Virus record (IMG/VR): IMGVR_UViG_3300027566_000003
Strand: one strand, 5' to 3'
DNA: 64,000 nucleotides
Source of the DNA: a virus
Lineage: Duplodnaviria; Caudoviricetes
Shown here: in pieces, positions 49,149-60,100 of the stretch
Numbering within the stretch: position 1 is the stretch's first letter
Layout: every line of letters starts with the position of its first letter
Program-made: the position numbers and the translations under genes
The notes under the pieces: model-generated
Databases searched by the model: none
What the model was told of the DNA's origin: nothing
What the model saw: only the letters and a program-made list of their open reading frames with translations

Positions 49149-50760
49149 ATGAGAATTAAATGGTCAAAAGAAGAAACGAATTTTTTAAAAGATAATTACA
49201 TGGTCATGACAGATGAAGAATTGGCGGGAAAACTAGGAAAAACAACGATACAAATAAAAGATAAGAGAAATCATGAGCATTTAGTAAGGATAACAATTTT
49301 TTCCAAAGAATTTTTAATATCTGAATTTTGGCGTTTCTTTAATGAAAATGAAAGATATCCTTTAAAAAAAGAATTAAAACCAGCAATTGGTTATCCATCA
49401 GGAGTTAATTATGAACGTAAATGGGGAAGTTGGAATAGTTTTTTAAAAGAAATTGATGTATTAGGTGACAGTGGGTGGTATAAATGTGATGAACAAGTTT
49501 TGATTGATTATTATACTAATAGTTCCATCGAAGAGATTAATGATAGATTAATGATTAAACGTAATAAAGAAATAATAATGAAAAAGGCAAACAATTTAGG
49601 ATTATACATAAAAAAAAGAAGTAGTGAAGAATATCAATTAATTATCCAAGATTATTTAAATGGAACAAATTGTCAAGAAATAGCTAAGAAATATGGATAT
49701 AGTGATGGAGCTTCAATATATTATGTTCTTAAAAAATACAACATTGAATTAAATAGAAATGATATATGGTCTGAAGAACAAATAGAAAATCTTAAAATAT
49801 ATTACCCCTACAACAGAATGGGAGGAATTGTTAGAATTATTAAAACCATTTGATAAAGATGGAATTATACATAAGGCATCAGATTTGAATATAAAAAGAT
49901 TGCTAAATTCAGAATGGTCAGAAGAAGATATTAATATTTTGAAAGAATATTACGGAGAAAAATCTACAAAACAATTAGCAATATTATTGCCATATCGTAC
50001 AGAATCATCAATAGTTACAAAAGGATATAAATTAGGATTAGAGTCAAGAATAAGATGGTCTGATGAAGATATAGAAATATTTATCAAAGAATACCCAATT
50101 AAAACAAATAAAGAGTTAGCAAACATATTTAATAGGACACCTACTGCAATCATGGGAGAGGCGTTAAAATTAGGATTAAAGAAAGATATTGAAGAACATT
50201 TATATATTATATATGATGAAGAAAAATTAATACGTGAATTAAAGGAGTATGCTCAAATTTTAGGAAGAACACCTCTTTCATACGAAGTAAATGAAAATAA
50301 AAATATGGCACATTCCAATACATATAGACGTTGTTTTGATGGTTATGTTGATGCTTGTCAAAAGGCAGGTTTAGAACCAAATTATGAAGGAAATATATTT
50401 TCTCCAAGGACATATAGATCAAAAAATAATGATTTGTGTCTTTCGCAGCCAGAATTAATTATTACTAATTTATTTATAGATAATGTTTTAGAGTACGAGA
50501 AAGAAGTATATTATTCGTCTTTTTCAGACGATCCTAGGTGTGGTTATAAGAGATGTGATTGGTTTTTAGTAGATGGTATAATTGTAGAATATTTTGGTAT
50601 GGAAAGGAGAGAATCTTATCAAAAAAGAATGTTAGAAAAACAAGCTATATGTTCAGATAATAATTTAATATTAATAGAACTTTATCCAAAGGATATGAGA
50701 AAAGGGCTAGAAGGTTTAATAAATAAATTTAAAGAGTATGGTATTGAATTAAGTCAATAA
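49149..50760 (+). pseudogene. Putative homing endonuclease with tandem W-x-x-E-E HTH repeats and one frameshift
   Basis: Removing one C from 49805-49808 gives YYPTTEWEELLELLKP, fusing the two ORFs. C-terminal RCDWFL and IVEYFG nuclease-like motifs. Confidence 0.75.
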
Positions 50761-50910
50761 TTTTAATTATTAAATAAAAATAACCAAATGAATGGCGTGA
50801 TTGATGCTCAACAATCAACCATTAACATAAATTCCAATTACATGTTGCATACCTCTTACATTTTAGAATATAATGTAAATAACTATAAAAAAGTAGGAGG
50901 TATACAAAAT

Positions 50911-51117
50911 ATGAAACTTTTTATTCAAAGTTTAGGTGTATGTTCAACTATTTTATTTTTACTAGCAGGATTTAAGTTATTATTAATAAATTCCATATCA
51001 GGTGATTCAATTGTAGAAAGTTATTATCATTGTATAGGAGTTATGTCATTTGGTTTTGCCTTATTATCTGGTGGTTTACTCATCTCACTAGCAGAAAAGA
51101 TTGAGGTGAGTAAATGA
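50911..51117 (+). CDS. Small two-TM membrane protein
   Basis: ATG after AGGAGG; two hydrophobic stretches. Confidence 0.65.
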   Translation: MKLFIQSLGVCSTILFLLAGFKLLLINSISGDSIVESYYHCIGVMSFGFALLSGGLLISLAEKIEVSK

Positions 51118-51536
51118 AAAACAGTAAGATCATTATAGTTTTTATTATGATAATAATAACTTCAATTAGTGGATTTTTTGTTTATAATCATAATAAGAAA
51201 GTTAGTTTGGCAAGGTATTACTATGACATAGGTGAATATCAAAAAGCCTCGGACTTAAAAATTGGAGAGATTTCTGATAAAGCAAGAATACTTAATTTAG
51301 CAAAAAATTGGAGAGATAATATAGAGTATGGAGACAATCAGGGTATTTATATTACCGTAATGTTAATATCTAGTGATATTAATAAATATGATAAAACAGA
51401 CAATGATTATGTTAATAAATTGGGGTTATATTATCAAAATATTGCTAACTATTATAATATCTCAAAAAACAAACTAGATGAAATAGCGAACATGGATTTT
51501 GCGAAAGGTACTTCAGAAATAGAAAATCTTAAATAG
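51114..51536 (+). CDS. Membrane-anchored/secreted protein
   Basis: N-terminal hydrophobic helix; overlaps the previous stop codon. Confidence 0.7.
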   Translation: MKNSKIIIVFIMIIITSISGFFVYNHNKKVSLARYYYDIGEYQKASDLKIGEISDKARILNLAKNWRDNIEYGDNQGIYITVMLISSDINKYDKTDNDYVNKLGLYYQNIANYYNISKNKLDEIANMDFAKGTSEIENLK

Positions 51537-51620
51537 TATATTTATGTGGAAAACATCCTACGTATTACGCAGGATGTTTTTAATTGGTAAAAATAAGGAA
51601 TATAAAAGGAGGAATAAATT

Positions 51621-52166
51621 ATGAAATTAACAATTGATAAAATTAGAGAAAAAGGTTATAAAATTGAACGATGTGAAGATTTAAATATTAAAAAATATCT
51701 TTCTATAAATTTTAAAAAAATATTAATTAGAAGAATATTAGATTTATGCATTATTGATGAAGATATTAAAAGAATTGATTTTACTTTAAAAGAATTTGCG
51801 TACGAATATATTATGTTAAATGAATATTCAAATATAAACTTTGATACAGAAGAAATAGCAGAATTGTATGATGAGTTAAAAGAATATGGTATTATAGATA
51901 CGATTTTAAAATTAATTCCTAAATCAGAGATTGAATTTATTAACAATATCTTGCAAAAAGAAATCGAACAAATTCAATTGGTTGATAATAGTATGATAAA
52001 TATTGTTAATCAAGTTTTGAATAAATTAGTTGATAAAATTCCTGATCAAAAAGGATTAATTAAATTAATAAAAGAACTTCCAAAACAATTTAATAAAGTA
52101 TCTCCAGATTCGCTTAAACATTTAGGTAAAGCAATGGGGTTAAATTTAGGAGAAAAAGATGCCTGA
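51621..52166 (+). CDS. Putative tail assembly chaperone
   Basis: Position upstream of the tape measure gene; strong RBS. Confidence 0.55.
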   Translation: MKLTIDKIREKGYKIERCEDLNIKKYLSINFKKILIRRILDLCIIDEDIKRIDFTLKEFAYEYIMLNEYSNINFDTEEIAELYDELKEYGIIDTILKLIPKSEIEFINNILQKEIEQIQLVDNSMINIVNQVLNKLVDKIPDQKGLIKLIKELPKQFNKVSPDSLKHLGKAMGLNLGEKDA

Positions 52167-52641
52167 TTTTAAAGATATTCGTTCGTTATTAAATTATACA
52201 AAAATACAAGTAGCAAAAGCAATGCAAGATGATGTTGCTAGACATGTAAGAGATACTGTTCAAAAGTATCTCTTATCTACTGTTTACGCTAATGAACAAT
52301 CAATGTATGAACGCAGTTTTGAGGTTTTACGAGCATTGACCATAGGGAAAGTAACAATAGTTGGAGATGAAATTTCTGTAAAGATTTATATAGATGCTGA
52401 TAAAATTATTCCTAGAGATGGCAAAGAAGGGATGTGGGGGATACATCAATCTTTTGATGGGAGTCCATATAATCAAGAATTACCATTTTTATTAGAATAT
52501 GGCAATCAAAAATACAATCCTTACTATAATACTCCATCATTTGAGTATATGCAATTATCAAGGGAAGAATTAGAACAAACTAGAGGTCATATGATTAAAT
52601 TAATCGGATATTTAAAAACAAAAGGAATAACAACACGATAA
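52159..52641 (+). CDS. HK97 gp10-like tail completion protein
   Basis: VYANEQSMYERSF and LLEYG pattern. Confidence 0.55.
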   Translation: MPDFKDIRSLLNYTKIQVAKAMQDDVARHVRDTVQKYLLSTVYANEQSMYERSFEVLRALTIGKVTIVGDEISVKIYIDADKIIPRDGKEGMWGIHQSFDGSPYNQELPFLLEYGNQKYNPYYNTPSFEYMQLSREELEQTRGHMIKLIGYLKTKGITTR

Positions 52642-52706
52642 CCAATAAAATAACTAGAATCAACTCCCTACTCTTTAAGGGTAAGGTATTTTTTATTAGA
52701 GAGAAG

Positions 52707-53897
52707 ATGAGGAAATTGATCAAAGGAATCAAGATAATGCTTGTACCGAATAATAAACAAAACACATTAATGTTTCAAAATGCTGGAACTGCAAGATGGG
52801 CATTTAATTGGGCATTAGGTAGAGAAAAAGAAAACTATGCTTCATGTGGTAAATTTATTTCAGATAATGATTTAAGAAAAGAATTGACTCAATTGAAGAA
52901 AACAGATGAGTTTAGTTGGTTGAATAGTGTTTCTAACAATGTTCCAAAACAGGCAATTAAAGACGCTTGTATTGCTTATCAGCGATTTTTTAAAGGGCAA
53001 GCTAAATTTCCTCAATTTAAAACTAAAAAGAAATCATCTCCTAAATTTTATCAGGATAACGGGAATATTCAATTTACTTCTACTCATGTTAAATTTGAAG
53101 GTTTTACTAAAAGCAAAAAGAAGAACAAGCAACAATTGAATTGGGTAAAATTAGCTGAGCACAATAGAGTGCCGTTCGGCAAGGGTATTAAATATATGAA
53201 TCCTAGAATATCGTATAATGGATTAAATTGGTTTATTAGCATTAGTATAGAATATCCTGATAGTCTTGATACTCCTTTAAATGAAGGAATTGGAATTGAT
53301 TTAGGAATTAAAGATTTAGCGATATGTTCAAATGGTAAAACTTATGGTAATATCAATAAGACCAAAAAGATGAAACGATTAGAAAAGCAAAAGAAACGAT
53401 TACAGAGACAGGTTTCTAGAAAATATGAGTCTAATCTTGATGGTTTAAAATATATTAAAACTAAAAATATTCTTAAATTAGAACTTAAGATAAAATCAGT
53501 TCAACATAAATTAAATGGTGTTAGAAAGAATTATATTCAACAAACAACTTCTGAGATAGTATGTCGAAAACCAAGTTATATTACTATTGAAGATTTAAAT
53601 ATTTCAGGTATGATGAAAAACAAACATTTATCTAAAGCAATTCAGCAACAAAGTCTCTATGAATTTGGAAGACAATTAAAATACAAGGGATTATGGAATC
53701 ATATTGAGATTAGAATTGCTGATAGATGGTATCCAAGTTCTAAGACATGTCACGAATGTGGCAATGTGAATAAGTTATTAACTCTTAATGATAGAGAATG
53801 GATTTGTACTGGTTGTGGTAGTGTTTTAGATAGAGATTTAAATGCGTCATTAAATCTAAGAGATACTGAAAATTATAAGATATTTAAAGTTAGTTAA
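52707..53897 (+). CDS. tnpB: TnpB (IS607-like, HTH plus RuvC plus Zn ribbon)
   Basis: GTARWAFNWAL, GIDLGIKDL, ITIEDL, SSKTCHECG and DRDLNAS. Confidence 0.95.
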   Translation: MRKLIKGIKIMLVPNNKQNTLMFQNAGTARWAFNWALGREKENYASCGKFISDNDLRKELTQLKKTDEFSWLNSVSNNVPKQAIKDACIAYQRFFKGQAKFPQFKTKKKSSPKFYQDNGNIQFTSTHVKFEGFTKSKKKNKQQLNWVKLAEHNRVPFGKGIKYMNPRISYNGLNWFISISIEYPDSLDTPLNEGIGIDLGIKDLAICSNGKTYGNINKTKKMKRLEKQKKRLQRQVSRKYESNLDGLKYIKTKNILKLELKIKSVQHKLNGVRKNYIQQTTSEIVCRKPSYITIEDLNISGMMKNKHLSKAIQQQSLYEFGRQLKYKGLWNHIEIRIADRWYPSSKTCHECGNVNKLLTLNDREWICTGCGSVLDRDLNASLNLRDTENYKIFKVS

Positions 53898-54093
53898 TGC
53901 AATTATAGATATTATGTACCCATGCGTTAGTGGGGAATTTAAGCCTTTAGAGTGTTAAAAAACTTTAGTAGTATTAGAAATAATATGAAAAAGAACACGA
54001 TGAATAAGGAATGAAACATAAAGTTATAAATTATGTATTTATTTTATAATTTCTTATAAGTTTTCAGTAACGGTATTTTTATGCCCTAATATA
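53898..54093 (+). ncRNA. omegaRNA scaffold and IS607-like right end plus guide
   Basis: GTACCCATGCGTTAGTGGGGAATTTAAGCCT scaffold ending TTTCAGTAACGG (GG at 54072-54073). Confidence 0.65.
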
Positions 54094-54114
54094 TAAAAGA
54101 GAGGTGAATTAATT

Positions 54115-57100
54115 TTGGATGATTTAAATATATTAATTAAAGCAAAAATATCAACATTGCCATCAGAAATAGATGCACAAATAAATTCTCTAAACGCGAA
54201 GATAAAATCAGTAATTTCAGTAAAATTAAATGTTGATGCATCAAGTATTGACGTAATTACTAAAAAAATAAATGAAAAAATCAAAACCCAAACAAACATG
54301 AAAAGTTCTCAATTTATTAATACGACTGTAGAAAATCAAGCATTTAATCAAATTTCAAGTCGTATTAGAGAAATTAGAAAAAATGTTGATGAATTAGCTA
54401 AAGTAAATATAAACACAAATAGTAAAGGCCAAATGACATCTGCTACATTGACTTATTATAATCAAGAACTTGGGCAAACTATTAAAGAAACGATGGGATG
54501 GTCAGAAGCTCAAAAAAAAGTCAATGGTGAATTAACTAAAATTAAAACTTTTGGCACTACTGGTTTTAATTACTCAGATGATATGGCAAAAACTAATTCA
54601 AATATACAAAAAAATCTTGATAAGTTACAATTGTATGAAAATAAAATTACTAAATTAAAGGCAGGATTTACTTCACCTGCTACTGGGATAACTGATAGTA
54701 TTAATTTATCAAATTTAAATACACAATATGATAAAATATTATCGACCATAAATCAAGTAAGAAATGGCAGTATAAATCTATCTAATGAGCAAAGACGAGG
54801 AATAATTCAAAATATAAGTAATTTAGAAATTGAAATTGCTAGATATAAAGATTTACAACGTATAACTGCAACAACAAATACTAGAAGTTTAAGTACTAAT
54901 GATATTTCATTGTACCAAGCAAATATGGCAAATAGATTAGCAAGCTTACAAGTCGGGAAAGAAACTGTCTTTGCGAGACCTGAAATTCAAGCAGAAATGA
55001 ATAATTTGATATCGGCAGTTGCGAAATTTGGGACTGTTGGAGGAAAGTCAGCAAAAGAATTAAATTTACAATTTGCCCAATTAACTACATCAGTTAGAGC
55101 CGCAACAAATGAAATTACAAGAATAAATGGAGCTGCCGATAGTTTTTTAACGACACTCAGTAAAAATTTTGTTAAGATGATCGCTTGGGCGGCAGTAGCG
55201 ACAGCCCTATACGCGCCTCTTAGGTCACTACAGGCCGGACTGGTTACATTAAAAGAATTAGATAGTTTAATGGTAAATATTGCAAAAGTAACTAATCTTA
55301 GTGCTGAAGCTATGGATAATTTAAAAAATAGTGCTTTTGAAGCTGCTAATGCTTTTGGAAGAACTGCACAAGATTATTTAAAATCAATTGGTGAATTTAG
55401 TCGTGCAGGATATGAAGGAAAAGCAGAAGATTTAGCAAAAGTTTCTCTGTTGTCTCAAAACGTTGGTGAACTTACCGCAGAACAAGCTAATGGATTTTTG
55501 CTTGCTACTGATGCTGCTTATAAATACAAAGGTAGTCAAGAAGAATTGATGAAAGTTCTTGATGGTGCAAATATTATTGACAACAAATATGCAACATCAA
55601 TTTCTAAAATAAGCGAAGGAATCACAGTTGCGGGATCTATAGCCTCAAATGCTTCAGTTGGGGTTAATGAGCTTTCTGCTGCCATTGGGGTTATGACAGC
55701 AGTTACACAACGGTCTGGAAATGAAGCTGGACGGGCATTTCGTGGAATTCTGATGAACATTAGGCAAATAAAAGGAGAAACTGAAGACGGAGAAATAATA
55801 GATGATGAAGCACTTTCAAAATCGGCAGCGGCGTTAAACAGTGTTGGAATTAAAGTTCATGAAATGCGAAATGGAATTGAAGAGCTTAGAAATCCCATGG
55901 ACGTGCTTCAAAATTTATCGGATATTTGGGGGTCACTTAGCTCTATGCAGACTGCCCCCATTATTGAGGCTCTTGGTGGAAAATATAGAGGTAACGAACA
56001 AATATTGTTGACAGCCTCCTCTGTACAGAAATGTGCATAGAGCGATAGATATGTAATTTATCTATCCAAAATCTCTTTAACTGCTGGAAACCCATAAAGC
56101 TGATTAAACCACAACGTAATAATCAATAGTTTTTGTATAAAACATTTTTAAGGAGATGATTTTTATACAAAGATGGACTGATAATGATATCAAGATTCTA
56201 AAGAGTAATTATACATTCGGTAATGTAAATAATATTTGTGATTTATTAGATAATAAATTTTCTTATAGTGCAATTGTATCGAAAGCTAGTAAATTAAAAA
56301 TATCAAGTAGGAATTACTGGTCTGAAGATGATATTGACATAATGAAAAAATATTATCCTATTAAAACTCCAATTGAAATGTTAGAATTTCTTCCAAATAG
56401 AAATATAAAAACTATTACTATGAAAGCATGTGAACTAAATATAAAAAACATAGTGTCTCTAAACTTATGGTTCACAATAGAAGATATAGATTTTATAAAA
56501 AATAATTGGAAAGAGATGACAGATGAAGAAATTGGGGTAATTATAAGTAGAAAAGCTCATGCTATATGCGACAAGCGATGTCAATTAGGATTATTAAGGC
56601 AAGCAGAAGAAAGTTCATATGAAAATCTTTCAGAATTTGTAAGACGCAATAATGCAGAATGGAAAAAGAAATCAATGCAGAATTGCAATTATAAATGTGT
56701 AATTACTGGAGAAAGATTTGATGATATACATCACACATATGGATTGAATTTAATCCTTAATGATGTATTATTACATTTACATATTGAAATAAAAGGCAAA
56801 ATAGACGATTATTCTGATGATGAATTATCGTCTATTTTATATGTCTTTAGGGAATTTCAAAACAAATATCCTTTGGGTGTTTGCTTAAAGAAAGAAATAC
56901 ACAATAAATTTCATTCTTTGTATGGGTTTGGTAATAATACAATAGAACAATGGCATGAGTTCAAAATAAATTATGAGTAAGAATAAGATAAGAGAATCTA
57001 CAAAATCTATTGATTATAAGCGTGATGGTGACGAAAGTAGAAAAAATTAATCAGATGGCATATGGTTAAATCCTAAGTGCTATAACAATTGGCAATCAGC

Positions 57101-60100
57101 AACCAAGACCGTAAGGTAAGGTTCAACGACTAGGCGAAAGCCGTACACTCAAGTGAGTGGAAATGGGAGACATCCTTAGTAGGATGGTGATATAGTCTAT
57201 TCTTGTATGAAAATATAAGAAGTTCATATTAAACAAATTATAATTTGTTTAATTGAGAACTGGCAAGGATTAACGAACCTTGTTGAATACAAAGCAATCA
57301 ATTAGTAGCCTTAGTTGAAAATTTTGACATGTACAAAAGTATGCTTGAAGATTATTCTAATGCTAGTGGATCGGCGATGGCAGAAAATGAAGTAAGAATG
57401 GGCAGTTGGGAAACCAAAATTAATCAGCTAAGAAATGCAATAAATAATTTTTGGAATAACACGATAGATACTGGTTTAGTGAAAAGTATGATTGGTGGTA
57501 TAACTCTATTAATTAATAACTTTGGTAATCTTAGAACTATTTTGGGATTGGTATTTACTTTGCTTGCGGTAAATAAAGGTGCTGTTTTTTTAAAGTTTTT
57601 AAAGGATTTTTCTTTATCTACTATATTATTAAATTCAAGCTTAGTTCAAACACAAGCTAGATTGGCTGGAATGTCTTTTGCTCAAATCGGATTGATGGGC
57701 ACAACTACTGCATTAAATTTTGCAATTAAAGGTTTATGGGCTACTATGCTTGCTAATCCAATTGGTTTAGTTGTAGGTGCTGTTACTGCTGTCATAGTGG
57801 CATTTGATTTTATGGGGGCAAGAGCTGAAAGGTCTGCTCAAAAACAAAAAGAAGTATTCGATGAATTAAATAGAAGTATTAATTCACTTAAACAACAAAC
57901 ATCGGAAGCAAAAAATCTAGCAAGTCAATATGAATCTTTATCTGCAATATCATCTCGTACAATAAACGAGGAGACAAAATTAGAAGAAATTCGATCTCGA
58001 TTAATAACACAATTTCCTGATTTAATTGATGGTTATGATGCAGAGGGAAAAGCAATCCTTGGGTCTTCTGAATCAATTCAACAAGCAATTAAAGACAACG
58101 AAGAATTATTAAAAGTTAAACAAGAACAAATGGCTATAACTTTTACTACTGATGGGAAAAATGATTTCTCGCAATTACAAAAAGACCAAGAAAGACTAGA
58201 CTTATTAATAAAACATAAAGACGAATATTTAAAAACAATTGAAGATATAAACAGCGGAAGTCAAAATAAAATTGATGAGTATGGTAATAATTCACTAGAA
58301 ATTGCTAAGAATAATTTAAAAGGCATTAAAGATGAATTATCTACACTTAGCGCAAAAGTTCTTGAAAGTAGAAAAGATTTATCTATTTTGGCTGAAGCTT
58401 TTTTACAAAGTAGCGATTCTGCTAAATCACTAGGCAAAGAAGCAGTAACTAAACTAATTTATGATTTGAGTAAGCTTAAAGATGAAAGTAAAATCACAGG
58501 GGAAGAATTCACTAAAATATTTGACGGTCTTAAAAGTTCTGATTTTTCTTCTGAATTAAATAAAGCAAAAATAGTTTTAGAAGAATTAGCAAAAAGTGGA
58601 GCAAATAAAGATATAATTGGAAATACTTATGAAAAAGCAATTTCTGACATGTCTCCATATTTAATAGCATTAGGAATTAGTGCTGAAGAAACAAATAAAA
58701 TTTTAAAAGACATGTTTAATATTCCAAATGTTCAACTAGCAAAAGAAAAAATAAATGATTTCTCATCTTCCCTCACCACTCTCCAAAAAACTTTATCAGA
58801 TGCATCGTCTTCTATTTCAGAAATCCAAACAGCATTAAAAGAATATAACGATAATGGGAAGTTTAATATTGATACAATAATTAAACTTTCAGAAAAACAT
58901 AAAGAACTTATTCCTCTTCTTGGAGATGAGAAAGGATTACATCAAGAACTTACTAATATTATTCATCAAGAACAAGAAGCGTCTCGCCAAGCTTATGCTA
59001 ATATGCTTATGGATAGTGCCGAGTATTATCAAAAGAATATTGAAGGAGTAAATTCTTTAGTTAAAGGTTTAAATTTAGGATACAACAAGGATCTTGAAAA
59101 CTTCAAATCACTTGCTGATGCAAAATTTAAAGTAGATCAAGCATTAATACAAAAATTAGCTTCAGAATGGTCTAATTTTTATAAAGCTGGGAAATTGGTA
59201 GCACAACCTTTGGATGCTGGAAGGACTCTTGTTGACGCTAATGGTAGGGCAAGTGGTAATGGATATGGCATATCTCCTGAAATGAAAGCTAATACAGATG
59301 GATTAAAAGATTATATAAATCAAATGAGTGCTTTTTCGTCTGCATTGGATGATATTGCTATGAAAGGTACTTCAAGCATAGATTTCTCAGGCATCGGTAT
59401 GTCTGGTGGTAAAGAGAAAGAAAAGAAACCTCAAGAACCCTCCTACACAGATCCAATTCAAGCCATCATAAACGAAATAAATTTAGAATCTAAACTTACA
59501 GCTGAAAAAAACAAAGCAATCCAAGCAGACCTAGACCTTGCCACTTCTAACAAAAACTACTCCCTTCAACTCCAAAAAACAACTGAACTCCTTAAAGGAC
59601 AAACAGATGAAATAAATCAACTTCAACAAGCCAATTATAAATTAATGTCTGAAGGAGATAAAGTTGGAGCCTGGAATTATATTGACGAAAACGGTGAAGC
59701 GACGAAGCAATATTACGACACATTTAATTCCTCATCTGCTGAAGCGCAAAAACTAATGCAGGATGAGCTATCAAAATTATCCACAATTAAGAAAGCAATA
59801 AATGAAAATACTCAAGCTATATTAGACACAAGATCAGCACAAGTTAAACTTAACCAATCTCTCCAAGAGTTTCAAAATTCCCAAGCAGACGAAGCAATCT
59901 CTGCATTAAAAGAATTTTATCAAAATCAGAAAGAATTAGATGATAAAGCATATCAAGAAAAAGTTGACAAATTAGAAAAATCTCATCAGAAAATACTTGA
60001 TAATCTCGAAAAAGAAGAAAAAGCAGCAGAGGAATCCATAAATGCACAAATAGAGGCAATAGATCGTCTTGCAGATGCTCAAAACTATAATAAGAACCTC

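Noticed and set aside
52120-52170. Programmed -1 frameshift in the tail chaperone gene
   Set aside because: No complete XXXYYYZ slippery site was found; the next ORF has its own overlapping ATG.
53898-54073. IStron (group I intron fused to the IS607 element)
   Set aside because: No P, Q, R or S intron core was found around this tnpB, and it lies between genes.
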